From: an uncultured Gemmatimonadaceae bacterium
GTDB lineage: Bacteria; Gemmatimonadota; Gemmatimonadetes; Gemmatimonadales; GWC2-71-9
DNA: 64,000 nucleotides
NCBI GenBank assembly: GCA_964585655.1
Contig: CAZPER010000006.1
Coordinates: 6,594 to 70,593, forward strand
Direction: 5' to 3'
The notes beneath the pieces are model-generated. The model made no database searches and had not been told where the DNA came from. It worked only from the letters and a program-made list of their open reading frames with translations. The first letter of the stretch is position 1. Every line of letters begins with the position of its first letter. The position numbers and the translations under genes were made by a program. Below, piece after piece: positions 17,646-27,451 of the stretch.

Positions 17646-18524
17646 CTACCGGCCCTGGATCGTGGCCAGCACGGTCTGGAGGTTCAGGGTCTTCGACTGG
17701 GCCTGGATCTGTTCCTGGACCTTCGGGAAAAGGGAGCGGGCCTCCTCCTGGAACCGGGCGAAGAGCGCCTTGAGGTCCGCGGTGCTCAGGCGGCGGCCCT
17801 GGGCATAGTACTGCGTCGCCACGTGGCCCAGGGCGTAGGTGGACGCAAAGGTGACCGCGGCGCCGGCCGCCACCCCGGCGGCCCCGCCGACCGCCCCGCC
17901 GAAGATCCCCTTGGTGAGCGAGCCCAGCACCCCGCGCACCACGCCCTCCATGACCTGCGCGGCGGCCCCGATGCCGAAGGTCCCCGCGAGGTCCTTCACC
18001 TGGTTGGCGTCGAGCTGCTGGCCGTGGCGCTGCCCGATCAGGTACACCAGGCGGAGCTGCAGCGGGATGATGGCCATGGTGGCGAGGCGCTCGGGAAGCA
18101 GTTCCAGCGCCGCGGCGAGCATGGACTGGCGGAGGATCATGTCGTCCAGCTCGGGGCCCGGCGGCGTGCCGCTCCCCAGCTCCACCGCGGGCGCGCCGGC
18201 CGGCGAGGCTTCCTGCCCCAGCGCCACGCGCAGCTCATCCAGGAAGCGCTGCTCCGCCTCGGAGGGAGGACCGTCGGCGTGGCAGGCGACGAGGGCCGTC
18301 TGATAGGCAAGCCGCCGTGCCTGGTCGTCGGAGAGCTGGTGCGCGAGGTCCGCCGGGCGGAGGGTGCCAGCCGCGATGTCGCGCGCGAGCCCGTCGAGGT
18401 CGGTAATGCCGGCCGCGTCGGCGACGGCCTTGAGGGCGGTGGCCTCGCGGGGGTCCTGACGTCCGTCGGCGAGGGCGGCGGCGAGGGCGATGGTGACGAT
18501 GACCTTCTGGTCCAGGTCGTTCAT
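17646..18524 (-). CDS. TerB-like + YcjF/DUF697-like fusion protein
   Basis: AAALADGRQDPRE..ACHADGPPSEAEQRFLDELRVAL; IIPLQLRLVYLIG..AAVTFASTYALG. Confidence 0.75.
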   Translation of the reverse strand: MNDLDQKVIVTIALAAALADGRQDPREATALKAVADAAGITDLDGLARDIAAGTLRPADLAHQLSDDQARRLAYQTALVACHADGPPSEAEQRFLDELRVALGQEASPAGAPAVELGSGTPPGPELDDMILRQSMLAAALELLPERLATMAIIPLQLRLVYLIGQRHGQQLDANQVKDLAGTFGIGAAAQVMEGVVRGVLGSLTKGIFGGAVGGAAGVAAGAAVTFASTYALGHVATQYYAQGRRLSTADLKALFARFQEEARSLFPKVQEQIQAQSKTLNLQTVLATIQGR

Positions 18525-18616
18525 GGTCCGGCTCCGGTGTCGCGATCCGTGGGCGGGCTTGAGGCGTGAACGATAATCCGTCCGGATCATACGGGGAGGA
18601 GCCGGCCCCGGGTGCC

Positions 18617-19177
18617 CTATTCCAGTTCCCCCCGAATCGCGGCGGCCAGCTGGTCCACCAGGCCCCGCAGCTGGCGCATGCTGCGCTCGGCACTGCGCCG
18701 GGCGAGCGCCCGCGCGGCCACACCCGCGGGCACCAGCATCCCGAGGCCCACCCCGATCCCCATCGGCGGCGACAGCGCCGAGGCCGCGGTGAGTCCGCTG
18801 AGCACGCCGGCAGCAACGGCGCCGAGATAGTACATGTACACCCGGCCGTCCATGCGGAGGTCGGCCCGGATCACGGTGCCGGCGGGTTCGGGGTTGATGG
18901 TGAGCGCGAGCATGGAGTAGCCGGAATCCTGCTCCCAGAGCAGGCCGTCGCCAAGCTGCCGCACCGACCCGCTGTCCGGCGCGAGGGTCCGCACCAGGGA
19001 AGTGAGCCGGGGATAGTCGTTCGGGGTCACCACCTGGTCGACCGTCTGCCGGTAGTGCAGCGCCGTCATGGGTCCGACGGGCGCGACCGCACGGCTCCCC
19101 GTCGCGGGAACCGCCGCCGCCGCGTCGGCCCGAGGCGGAGTCACGCTGGGCGGCGGCGATGTCGGAGAGTTGGTCAC
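18617..19177 (-). CDS. Hypothetical membrane protein
   Basis: Two C-terminal hydrophobic helices; GGAGG RBS. Confidence 0.7.
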   Translation of the reverse strand: MTNSPTSPPPSVTPPRADAAAAVPATGSRAVAPVGPMTALHYRQTVDQVVTPNDYPRLTSLVRTLAPDSGSVRQLGDGLLWEQDSGYSMLALTINPEPAGTVIRADLRMDGRVYMYYLGAVAAGVLSGLTAASALSPPMGIGVGLGMLVPAGVAARALARRSAERSMRQLRGLVDQLAAAIRGELE

Positions 19178-19256
19178 GGGATCCTCCGGCGGTGGACGGG
19201 CACGCCAGCCAAGGTGCGGCGTGGGGCGCCTTCCGGCAAGCCGGCGCGGCCGTCCG

Positions 19257-19706
19257 CTATTGCCCCTCGCCGCAGCGGCACACCCCGCACCCCTTGTCGA
19301 ACACCACCCGCCAGCTCCCGTCCGGCTCCCGGCGCCAGACGGAGTTGAAGGTGGCGGTACGCTCGCCGGCGGGGTTGAACACCGGCCCGCTGCTCAGGGC
19401 CAGCGTGCCCGAGGCCAGCACCTCAACGGATTCGGGACGCCAGGAGAATGGAGGCGAGGCCGATTCGAGCAGGGGCCGCCAGCTCACCACCACCGCCTCA
19501 CGGCCGCGCGCGGGCTGCTCGCCGCCGTAGAAGATCGCCTCGGGCGCGAGGTACTTCGCGAACCCGGCCACGTCCCGCCGCGCGAAGGCCGCGGCGAAGC
19601 TGCTTTCGGCCACGAAGACCTCGCGCGCGAGCTCGGCAGTGGACTGCGCGAGCAGCGGGGTGGACAGGCAGGTGAGCAGCAGCGAGAGGGTGGTGACGCG
19701 CGACAC
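19257..19706 (-). CDS. Secreted NTF2/SnoaL-like (DUF4440) protein
   Basis: Signal peptide; AESSFAAAFARRD..FSWRPESVEV..SVWRREPDGSWRVVFDKG. Confidence 0.85.
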   Translation of the reverse strand: MSRVTTLSLLLTCLSTPLLAQSTAELAREVFVAESSFAAAFARRDVAGFAKYLAPEAIFYGGEQPARGREAVVVSWRPLLESASPPFSWRPESVEVLASGTLALSSGPVFNPAGERTATFNSVWRREPDGSWRVVFDKGCGVCRCGEGQ

Positions 19707-19772
19707 GGGAGGCTCCGGGTGGGGACGGAGCCCCCTACGGGGCGGGAGTGGCCCGGGTTGCGACCCACCGCC

Positions 19773-22316
19773 CTACTTCGCCAGCCAGTAGCTGACCTTC
19801 ACCAGGAAGGTGTTGTCCGCCCGGCGGCGGAAGAGGTGCCGCAGGTCGGCGCCGAAGGACTGGCCCCCCTCGCGGTCGGCCTCATGTTCGCGTCCCTGGC
19901 CCCAGACCAGGAACAGGGTCGACCCCGGGCGATACTCCCAGCGGAACACCAGGTTCGAACGGAACTGCTGGAAGTTGAACCCGCCCGGGTCGGCGGTGAC
20001 ACTGCTGTCAGCGTAGGGCTGGTAGCGGTCGGCGTAGCGCGCCGCCCGCGGGTCCTCCAGCTCCCGTACCCGGGTGTAGGTCCCGCGGGTCACGAACGGC
20101 GAGGCATAAAGCTGCAGCGTCGCGGTTGGCGTGAAGGTGTAGTCGAGCCGCCAGGTGAGGCTCAGGGTCCGCTGCCTCAGGTGGGCGAACGTGAAAGAAG
20201 ACACCCCGGTGATGGAGTCGGTGAACGTGCCGTAGTACTGGGTGTCGTTCCGGTCCCAGGAGTAGTTGACGCTCACGCCGCTGTTGAACCGGGACGAGAG
20301 CTTGAGCGCGAGTTCGGGGGAGAGCCGCAGCGACTCCGACCGCCCCTGATCCCCGCGCGAATAGTTGATCCAGAGGTACGGCACCAGCCGGCGGCGGCCG
20401 TCCCCCTCGATACCGAACCAGGGGGCGAGGTAGGGATCCTGCCGGATGGCCGGCCCGCCCCGGGCGCAACGATCGCAGTAGGTCGCGCCCAGCTGCCCGA
20501 GCGTGCCGCCGGCATGCAGCCACCAGCGGTTGTGCAGCTCGACGTGCACGTTGGTGTTGAAGGCCCGCTCGGTCGGGAGCCCGGCGATGCTCCAGTAATC
20601 CCAGTTGTTGAAGTTCCACCGCAGCTGGCGGAAGGTCCGGGTGGGATCGCGGAAGGCGAGCTGGGCCCAGCTGGTCCAGGCCTGGCGGTCCGCCTGGCGC
20701 AGGAAGCCGATGTCGTTGATCTCGAAGCCGGGGGTCCGCCGCTGGTAGGCGGTCTCGAACCGGAGCCGCCTGCCCCCCACCTTGGCGAAGCGGAGTTCCA
20801 GGTTGCTGCCCGAAAGGCTGGTGCGGGTGGAGTCGTAGTCCAGCGCCCCGTCGGGCCGCTGGTAGAGGTGCACCGCGTCCCGCTGAGTCCGCGCAATCGC
20901 GGCCGCGCTCCCCTCCACCCGGCTCAGCGCGAACGACCCCGACACCTCCCACCGCTCGGCGAAGCGCCGGCGCCCATCCAGTCCGCCGCTGTAGGCCTCC
21001 CGCCGCAGGAACGGGGAGCTCGCTCCATCCAGCGCGCGGTTGACCGCGGTGACCATCATCCCGACGCTGCTGTTGCCCCCGTCACCGTCCTGGTTGGCGC
21101 GGAGGACGGCGTAGTTCGTGGCAGGTTCCAGCGTGGTGTCGTGCGCCCCCTCAACCTGCCCGGTGACCGCGTCGAACACTCCAAGGGAGAACCCGCCGGG
21201 CAGCCGGCCGGTGAGCTTGGCGGCGCCAAGGATCCGGGTGGTCGGCCGCTCATTCCCCACCTGGTACTGCCCGGCGAGCTGCGGCGCCCGGCCGATCCGC
21301 CGGGAGTAGAACAGCCCCTCCCCGGTGCTGCAATCCACCACCACGACACAGTTCACGTTGAAGGTGAAGATCCCCTTCCCCTCCACGAAGAACGGACGCT
21401 GCTCGCGGAAGAAGCTCTCCAGGGCGGTGAGGTTGAGCTCGGACGGGTCGGCCTCGACCTGGCCGAAGTCGGGGTTGACCGTGGCGTTGAGCATCAGGTT
21501 CGAGGCCAGCCGCAGACGGAGGTCGCCGCCCGCCGTGAACTCCTGGTCCCGCGGGTATCCCTTCGATGCCGGCCCGGAGACGTTCTTGGTCACGAGATAG
21601 GGCGCCAACTCGACGTGGCCCGGGCTCGCCAGCTCGCGCAACCCGGCCAGCTCCCCGAACTGGGACACGAACCCCGGCTGCGAGCCCCGGTACAGCGGCC
21701 AGGTGACGGTCTCGCCATGGCGCTGGATCACCCGCCAGACCAGGATGCCGAAGGTGCCTTCATCCCGCCTGGCGTAGTGGAGCTGCGACAGCGGGATGCG
21801 GTACTCCACCGTCCAGCCCAGCGAGTCCACCCGCGCTTCCGCGTCCCACACCGCATCCCACGCCACGTCCTCATTGCCGTCGTTGTAGATCGCGTAGTCC
21901 GCCTTCACGCCGGCGGGATTCACCGCGAACTCGAACCCCGACCGCCGATCGTGCCAGGAGTCGAGCATCAGGATGATCTGGTCCGACTGGGTCTGGTCGT
22001 CACGACGGGAGAGCAGGCCGACGATGCTGTCGGGATGGGGATCGAAGGCCCGGACCAGGACGTAGAGGTGGTCCGGATCGTAGGCGACCCGGGCCTCGGT
22101 CCGGAATCGCGCCTCCGCCCCCTCCGTCGGCCGCGCCTGCAGGAACTGGGTGATCACCATCGCGTCACGCCACACCACGTCGTCGCCCCGGCCGTCAATG
22201 ACCGGCGGCTCGCTCACCCGGGCGGCGCGCACCGTGGTGGGAGCGACAGCGGGTGGCGCGACCGGCGCAATGGCCTGCGCCTGCACCAGCAGCAATACGC
22301 CAAGGAATCCGGACAC
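19773..22316 (-). CDS. CBM9-like + DUF5916 outer-membrane protein
   Basis: PVIDGRGDDVVW..TEARVAYD..WTVEYRIPLSQL; NPDFGQVEADP..FFREQRPFFVEG..LFYSRRIG; ends FLVKVSYWLAK. Confidence 0.87.
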   Translation of the reverse strand: MSGFLGVLLLVQAQAIAPVAPPAVAPTTVRAARVSEPPVIDGRGDDVVWRDAMVITQFLQARPTEGAEARFRTEARVAYDPDHLYVLVRAFDPHPDSIVGLLSRRDDQTQSDQIILMLDSWHDRRSGFEFAVNPAGVKADYAIYNDGNEDVAWDAVWDAEARVDSLGWTVEYRIPLSQLHYARRDEGTFGILVWRVIQRHGETVTWPLYRGSQPGFVSQFGELAGLRELASPGHVELAPYLVTKNVSGPASKGYPRDQEFTAGGDLRLRLASNLMLNATVNPDFGQVEADPSELNLTALESFFREQRPFFVEGKGIFTFNVNCVVVVDCSTGEGLFYSRRIGRAPQLAGQYQVGNERPTTRILGAAKLTGRLPGGFSLGVFDAVTGQVEGAHDTTLEPATNYAVLRANQDGDGGNSSVGMMVTAVNRALDGASSPFLRREAYSGGLDGRRRFAERWEVSGSFALSRVEGSAAAIARTQRDAVHLYQRPDGALDYDSTRTSLSGSNLELRFAKVGGRRLRFETAYQRRTPGFEINDIGFLRQADRQAWTSWAQLAFRDPTRTFRQLRWNFNNWDYWSIAGLPTERAFNTNVHVELHNRWWLHAGGTLGQLGATYCDRCARGGPAIRQDPYLAPWFGIEGDGRRRLVPYLWINYSRGDQGRSESLRLSPELALKLSSRFNSGVSVNYSWDRNDTQYYGTFTDSITGVSSFTFAHLRQRTLSLTWRLDYTFTPTATLQLYASPFVTRGTYTRVRELEDPRAARYADRYQPYADSSVTADPGGFNFQQFRSNLVFRWEYRPGSTLFLVWGQGREHEADREGGQSFGADLRHLFRRRADNTFLVKVSYWLAK

Positions 22317-22383
22317 GGCACCCCTGCCTGAGTGAGTGGATGACTGCCTTTGACATCCCGGCGGCCCGAAGGGTTGCCAGGGA

Positions 22384-23706
22384 CTACGGAAACGGGCGGG
22401 GCCGGGGTTCCGGCCAGGGCCACGGGCCCATGCCGTTCCGCCCCGCCAGCCCGCGAATGGCCATCTCGCGCACCTCGGGGTTCTTCGATTCCAGGAGGCG
22501 GGTCAGCCGCTCGGTCCGCTCCCCGGAGTGGATGAGCGCCCGGACCATCGCCTTCATCGCGGTCGCGTCGCGCTCCTTGCCGAGCGCGGTCCACAGCGCC
22601 GGCGCGGCGGTGGAGTCGCCGATTTCCGCCAGCGCCCAGGCCGCCCTGGTCCGGAGCCGTGTGCTGGAATCGGCCAGCGCATCCACCAGCCCCTTCGGCG
22701 CGGTCCGCAGGTCGAGCTGGCCGAGGGCCCAGGCCGCCGTCCCGCGCACCTTCGCGTTCCGGTCACCACCGACGACCTGCCCCAGCGCCGCGGCCGCGGA
22801 CTCGTCACCCAGGTTGCCGAGAGCCCATGCCGCACTCTCGCGGACGGCGTCATCGGCGTCGCCCCGCGCGGCGGCGGCCAGGGCGGGGACCGAGCCGGGC
22901 GCCTCGATGCTGCCGAGCGCCCAGGCACTCATCTCCCGTACCGTGGCGTCCTTGTCGGCCCGGAGCGCGGTTGCGAGGCCCTCCGCGGCGGATCGCTCCC
23001 CGAGCGTGCCCAGCGCCCAGGCCGCGGTGCGTCGGACGTTCGGCACCTCATCCTCCCGGAGCACGCGGAGCAGCGCCGGCACCGCACTGGAGGAGTCGAG
23101 CCGGCCGATGGCGCCGGCCGCGGTCTCCCGCACCATCGCGGCATCGTCGCCGAGCGCCGAGACCGCCGGACGGAGCGCGCGGCCATCGTTGATCCGGCCC
23201 AGCGCCCAGATGGCGTTGGCGCGGACCCCCGCTACCCGGTCCTTTGCGGCACGGAGCAGCGCCTCTACCGCCGGCTCGGCGTCCACCAGCCCGAGGCCCA
23301 GGGCGGCGACGGCGCGGAGTGCGGAGTCCGGCGCAGCCAGCCGCTCCCGCAGGCCGCTCACTACCAGCTCTCCCTGCTGGGTGCCGAGCAACCGGATGGC
23401 GACCTCCTGCACACAGGGGTCCCCGGTGGCCAGGCTGCCGAGGAGGAAACGCTGCTCCTCGACCGGCAGCGGATCCCGCCAGCGCCGCTCCCGCGACTGC
23501 GGCAGTGGCGGCGCGGGGGCGTCGTACCCCCCGCCCCAGCCATTCCCCACCGATCTCGCCGCCATGGCGCAGAGGGCGGGCGGCGCGCCGCGCGCCGCGG
23601 CGACCAGCTCCCGGACATCGTCCGGGCCGGCGAGTCCCAGGAATGGCGGCGTCACCATCGCCGCCACGATTCCCGCAGCCACCTTCACGCTTGTCAGGCT
23701 TGGCAT
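22384..23706 (-). CDS. HEAT-repeat protein, probably exported, with Pro-rich C-terminal tail
   Basis: Repeated VR..AAWALG units; AAGGAG RBS; ends GPWPWPEPRPRPFP. Confidence 0.88.
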   Translation of the reverse strand: MPSLTSVKVAAGIVAAMVTPPFLGLAGPDDVRELVAAARGAPPALCAMAARSVGNGWGGGYDAPAPPLPQSRERRWRDPLPVEEQRFLLGSLATGDPCVQEVAIRLLGTQQGELVVSGLRERLAAPDSALRAVAALGLGLVDAEPAVEALLRAAKDRVAGVRANAIWALGRINDGRALRPAVSALGDDAAMVRETAAGAIGRLDSSSAVPALLRVLREDEVPNVRRTAAWALGTLGERSAAEGLATALRADKDATVREMSAWALGSIEAPGSVPALAAAARGDADDAVRESAAWALGNLGDESAAAALGQVVGGDRNAKVRGTAAWALGQLDLRTAPKGLVDALADSSTRLRTRAAWALAEIGDSTAAPALWTALGKERDATAMKAMVRALIHSGERTERLTRLLESKNPEVREMAIRGLAGRNGMGPWPWPEPRPRPFP

Positions 23707-23739
23707 CACGCACTCCTTGTTCCGGATGGACCGGTTTAT

Positions 23740-23755
23740 TGCTGATTTTTCAGCA
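23740..23755. promoter_or_regulatory. Candidate BlaI-family operator, copy 2
   Basis: TGCTGA-TTTT-TCAGCA palindrome upstream of the HEAT gene; near-identical to the site upstream of blaI. Confidence 0.75.
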
Positions 23756-23824
23756 CCATGCGACAAATGAATGGGCGCCCGGGGACGATGCACCGTCGTC
23801 GAGCGCCGTACCGGGAAACCCGGC

Positions 23825-25789
23825 CTACGGAAATGGGCGCGGCTGGGGCCGGGGCATCGGCCACGGACCAGTCGCGTTGCCGCCGGCCAGCGCCGTGATG
23901 GCGATGGCGCGCACCGCGGAGTCAGGGGAGGTCACCAGCTTCTCCAGCGCCGGGACCGAGCGGTCGCCCATCGCGCCGAGCGCCCGGATCAGACCCATCC
24001 GTACGTCGGCGTCGGTCTCTTTGCGGTAGGCGGCGTCGAGCGCATCGGTGCTGGCCGGATCGGCGATGGTGTAGAGTGCCCACGCGGCCGAGCGCCGCAC
24101 CACGCGGTCCTTGTCCTCGAGGGCCCGCACCAGGGGCGCTGGAGCCTGCTCCGGCCGGATGCTGCCCACGGACCAGGCCGCCAGCTCGCGCACCCGGGCG
24201 TCGGCATCTCCCAGCGCGCCGAGCAGCGCGGGGAGCGCAGCCGGATCGCCCACGGACCCCGCCGACCAGACCGCCGTGGCGCGGACCGACGCGTCCTTGT
24301 CCTGGCCGATGGCGCGGGCAAGCACGGTGCCCGCGGCGGTGCTCCGCCGGGCCCCCGAAAGCGCCCAGGCCGCCATCTCCCGCACCTTGGGATCGGCATC
24401 CGTGCCAAGGGCCCCGACCAGCGCCTCTTGCGCCACATCCATGCGTGCGTACCGCGACAACCCCCATGCCGCCACCCGGCGCACTTCGGCGCTGGTGTCG
24501 GTGCGGAGCGTCCGGGCCAGCGTCACGGCCCGATCGTCCCCCGGCTCGGCGGCGGAAAGGCCTGACGACGGCGCCGGGCTGGGAGTCGCCTCCGGCAACG
24601 GACGAGGAGCGGGCGTGGCCTCCGGTCGCGGGCGGGCGGGGGTCACCGGCGCGATTGGCGTGGCGTCCGGGGCATCGTTCAGCCGACTGACGACGGCCGG
24701 CGGCTCCACTCGATCCTGCGCCGCCGCTTCCCGGGGTACCGGCATGACGACGCCCATCAGGAAGGCGAGCGAGGCGAGCGACGCGCTCACCAGGAACCGC
24801 TGCATGCCGCTCGGGCCCCGCCGCGCCAGGTCAGGATTCAGGATTGCCAGCATGCGCCCCTCGAATTCACGGCGGTGGGCCAGCGCCAGGGCCACCGCCG
24901 GGGTGCGGTGGTCCCGGACGCAGGTCACGATGTCCAGCAGGTGTTCGGCGTAGTCCGCGGGACGGGCGCCGAAGAGAATGGCCAGGTCGTCGCAGGCGCG
25001 TTCGCTCTCCGCCCGGAGCTGGCGCGCCGCGGTCCAGACCAGGGGGTGGAACCAGTAGAGCGCGCAGGCGATCCGGCCGAGGGTGTGGCCCAGCAGGTCC
25101 CGCCGGGCCGCGTGGCCGAGCTCGTGGATCAGGACGGCGCTCCGCCGCCCGGAACTCCAGGCATCGCTTTCCGCCGGGAGCACGATCGTGACCCGGAACA
25201 GGCCGGCGGCGAAGGGCATCTTGACCTCGTCGCTCCGGACCAGCACGGGCGCCTGCTCAAGGCCGAGCCGGTCGGCGATCTCGTACAACGGCACCTGCCA
25301 CTCCGGGGCATCGAGCGGGCGGGCCCGCCGCACGATCCGCCCCACCGACCAGGCGCCATGGCCGAGCCGGGCGAGGAGGATGAGCGCGACCAGTCCCCAG
25401 ATGGCCGCAGTGGCCGGGACCGACGGCAGCCATGACTCCGCCGACTGCGACGGGAGCACGAGCCCCGAAACTGCGGGCCCGTTCGATGTGGCGGTCACGG
25501 CCGCTCCCGCCCCCTGCTCCGGGCCGCCTACCGGCCCGTCCGTCGCGACGGCGGCCTTCGCCGGCAGCACTCCGACCCGCAGCGGCCCCCACGTCGCGAG
25601 GGCGGGCAGCAGCAGCAGGGCGCCGAGGGCCACCAGCCATACGAGGTGGCGGGTGCCGGCGGAGGCGCGCGGCATGGCCCAGGTGGCGGCGAGTGCCAGC
25701 AGCAGGAGCAGGGTCAGCTTGAGCAGGAGCACCACCACCGGCACCGCCGGGCCGAGCCACTCGGAGAGGGCCAGGATCGCGTCGCTCAT
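23825..25789 (-). CDS. BlaR1/M56 metallopeptidase signal transducer with C-terminal HEAT repeats
   Basis: TM helices; VLIHELGHAARRD..YWFHPLVW..ESERACDD; Pro linker; HEAT repeats; ends GPWPMPRPQPRPFP. Confidence 0.92.
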   Translation of the reverse strand: MSDAILALSEWLGPAVPVVVLLLKLTLLLLLALAATWAMPRASAGTRHLVWLVALGALLLLPALATWGPLRVGVLPAKAAVATDGPVGGPEQGAGAAVTATSNGPAVSGLVLPSQSAESWLPSVPATAAIWGLVALILLARLGHGAWSVGRIVRRARPLDAPEWQVPLYEIADRLGLEQAPVLVRSDEVKMPFAAGLFRVTIVLPAESDAWSSGRRSAVLIHELGHAARRDLLGHTLGRIACALYWFHPLVWTAARQLRAESERACDDLAILFGARPADYAEHLLDIVTCVRDHRTPAVALALAHRREFEGRMLAILNPDLARRGPSGMQRFLVSASLASLAFLMGVVMPVPREAAAQDRVEPPAVVSRLNDAPDATPIAPVTPARPRPEATPAPRPLPEATPSPAPSSGLSAAEPGDDRAVTLARTLRTDTSAEVRRVAAWGLSRYARMDVAQEALVGALGTDADPKVREMAAWALSGARRSTAAGTVLARAIGQDKDASVRATAVWSAGSVGDPAALPALLGALGDADARVRELAAWSVGSIRPEQAPAPLVRALEDKDRVVRRSAAWALYTIADPASTDALDAAYRKETDADVRMGLIRALGAMGDRSVPALEKLVTSPDSAVRAIAITALAGGNATGPWPMPRPQPRPFP

Positions 25790-26190
25790 CGGGCCTCCTG
25801 CCGTTCGTCGCTGCGGGCGCCGCGGATCTTCTCCCGCAGCTTGCGGATTTCGGCTTCGCTCAGGTCGGCGTCGGACAGGCGCAGGAGCGCGGTCACGGCC
25901 TCCTCCGGCGAGCCGGCGAAATAGGTCCGGACCACATGCGCCAAGACATCCTCCCGCGCCTGGTCGGTGGGCTTGGCGGGGAAGTACACGTAGCGCGGGC
26001 CGTCCTCCTTGTGGGCGATCAGCTTCTTCTCCCCCAGGATGCGGAGGATGGAGCGGACGGCGGAGTAGGTCGGGGGATCGGGGATGGCGCCGAGGATCTC
26101 GGCCACCGTGGATTCGCCGCGGCGGTGCAGGATGTCCATCACCTGCCGCTCCCGTCGACTCAGGTCTTCCGTGGGTGACCGCTTCGGCAT
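25786..26190 (-). CDS. BlaI/MecI/CopY family repressor
   Basis: LSRRERQVMDILHRRGESTVAEI..PTYSAVRSILRILGEK..DGPRYVY..YFAGS. ATGA-coupled to the M56 gene. Confidence 0.92.
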   Translation of the reverse strand: MPKRSPTEDLSRRERQVMDILHRRGESTVAEILGAIPDPPTYSAVRSILRILGEKKLIAHKEDGPRYVYFPAKPTDQAREDVLAHVVRTYFAGSPEEAVTALLRLSDADLSEAEIRKLREKIRGARSDERQEAR

Positions 26191-26243
26191 GTGATGACTC
26201 CTCGACCAGGACCCTGCGCCGGCGCGGACCCTCCGCCCGTTGC

Positions 26244-26279
26244 GGTGCTGATATTTCAACACCATCTGCCGAAAGTCAA
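26244..26279 (-). promoter_or_regulatory. blaI promoter with candidate operator, copy 1
   Basis: GGTGCTGA-TATT-TCAACACC (26244-26263) lies where the -10 is expected for TTGACT at 26279-26274. Confidence 0.7.
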
Positions 26280-26336
26280 GGGCGGACGGTTTCCGGGCAG
26301 GACGGGCCGCGCACACCGGGAGCGGCGTTCCCCCTC

Positions 26337-26744
26337 CTAGCACCTGGTGCAGCGGGTCACGATGGAGCGGTACTCGAGCGGCGAATTGTCCGCGCTAGGG
26401 ACCAGGGCCCGCACCCGTTGCCGCTGGGAGAAGATGCCGGGCGGGAGCGCGCGCGTGGTCCACTGCCCCGTGGCGATCCCGGCACCATCGGTCACCGACC
26501 GGAAGGGAACCACGGCGGGGGTCACGTAGCCATCATCCCAGATGACTTCCACGCCTGTCGCCGGCGTGCCATTGCCGGTCGTCACCCGGACCGCGACGGT
26601 GACGGTGTCCCCGGGATTGAGGTGGGGGAAATCGGCCGTGAAGCCAACGGGGTAGTCCAGCCGCGGGGTGAGGTTGATCGGCGGCGGCTCGTACGCCTGA
26701 CAACCGGCGCTGAGGGCGAGGCCCAGCATGAGGTAGCGCCGCAT
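26337..26744 (-). CDS. Small lipoprotein with Ig-like segment
   Basis: MRRYLMLGLALSAGC lipobox; GDTVTVAVRVT..GVEVIW..TDGAGIATGQW. Confidence 0.7.
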   Translation of the reverse strand: MRRYLMLGLALSAGCQAYEPPPINLTPRLDYPVGFTADFPHLNPGDTVTVAVRVTTGNGTPATGVEVIWDDGYVTPAVVPFRSVTDGAGIATGQWTTRALPPGIFSQRQRVRALVPSADNSPLEYRSIVTRCTRC

Positions 26745-26802
26745 GGTGCGTGGCAAGGCTCCTCCCACTCTGGGGGTCCTGCGGCGCGGCGAGGGCGCCG
26801 GC

Positions 26803-27435
26803 TCACTGCACGGGACGGGCCTCCTCCCGACCCTCGGGAGCCGAGGTCTCGTGGGCACCCGACCGCATCCAGGGAAGCACCAGCCCCGTCACCACCCCCA
26901 GGACCAGTCCACCACCGGCCACGATCCCCAGGTACGCGAGCGCGCCCCAGATGCCGCGGACAGCGTGCGAGCGCGGGAGCCCGTCGGCGACGGCCCCGAG
27001 GCCGGCGGCCAGGGACCAGCCAACCACGCTGGCCACCACCCACCAGCCCACCCGGGAGAATCTGCGGCGCAGGAGCAGCGCCTGCCAGATGCCCACGATC
27101 AGCCCGCCCAGCGCCACGGCGAGGTAGAGCGAGTAGGGAACGTCCCGGCCAGCCTGCTGGGCCAGGTCGGCCGCAAGGAAGGGGAGGGCAAGCCCGAGCG
27201 CGCAGGACCAGCGCCACGGCGCGGCCGCGCCGAGCAGGTTGCGGACAACCCGCCCCTGCATGAACCCGACGCCTAGCCCCATCCCCAGGCCGACCGGGAA
27301 CTGCAGGGGCCCGATCCGCAGCGACTCCCCGGCCAGCGCCAGGAATATGACGAGCGGCACCCCGAGGGCCCAGCCGGCCCAGGTGGCGCGAATCCATGGA
27401 CCGGGCAGTCGAGCATCGCTCGCAGTGGAAGTCAT
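26803..27435 (-). CDS. Hypothetical multi-pass membrane protein
   Basis: About 6 hydrophobic helices with repeated G..Q..(V/L)(V/L)R and W-rich motifs. Confidence 0.75.
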   Translation of the reverse strand: MTSTASDARLPGPWIRATWAGWALGVPLVIFLALAGESLRIGPLQFPVGLGMGLGVGFMQGRVVRNLLGAAAPWRWSCALGLALPFLAADLAQQAGRDVPYSLYLAVALGGLIVGIWQALLLRRRFSRVGWWVVASVVGWSLAAGLGAVADGLPRSHAVRGIWGALAYLGIVAGGGLVLGVVTGLVLPWMRSGAHETSAPEGREEARPVQ

Positions 27436-27451
27436 GGCGGCTCCGGTGCGA

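Noticed and set aside
19068..22331. 1087-aa plus-strand ORF (likewise 15314-17773, 30668-32896, 59909-62533)
   Set aside because: Each lies opposite a motif-supported gene.
22400..24520. Periodic DNA repeats suggestive of an array
   Set aside because: Explained by HEAT-repeat coding; no constant repeat with unique spacers, so not CRISPR.
25786..26190. Beta-lactam resistance locus
   Set aside because: No beta-lactamase or penicillin-binding sensor domain; family resemblance only.
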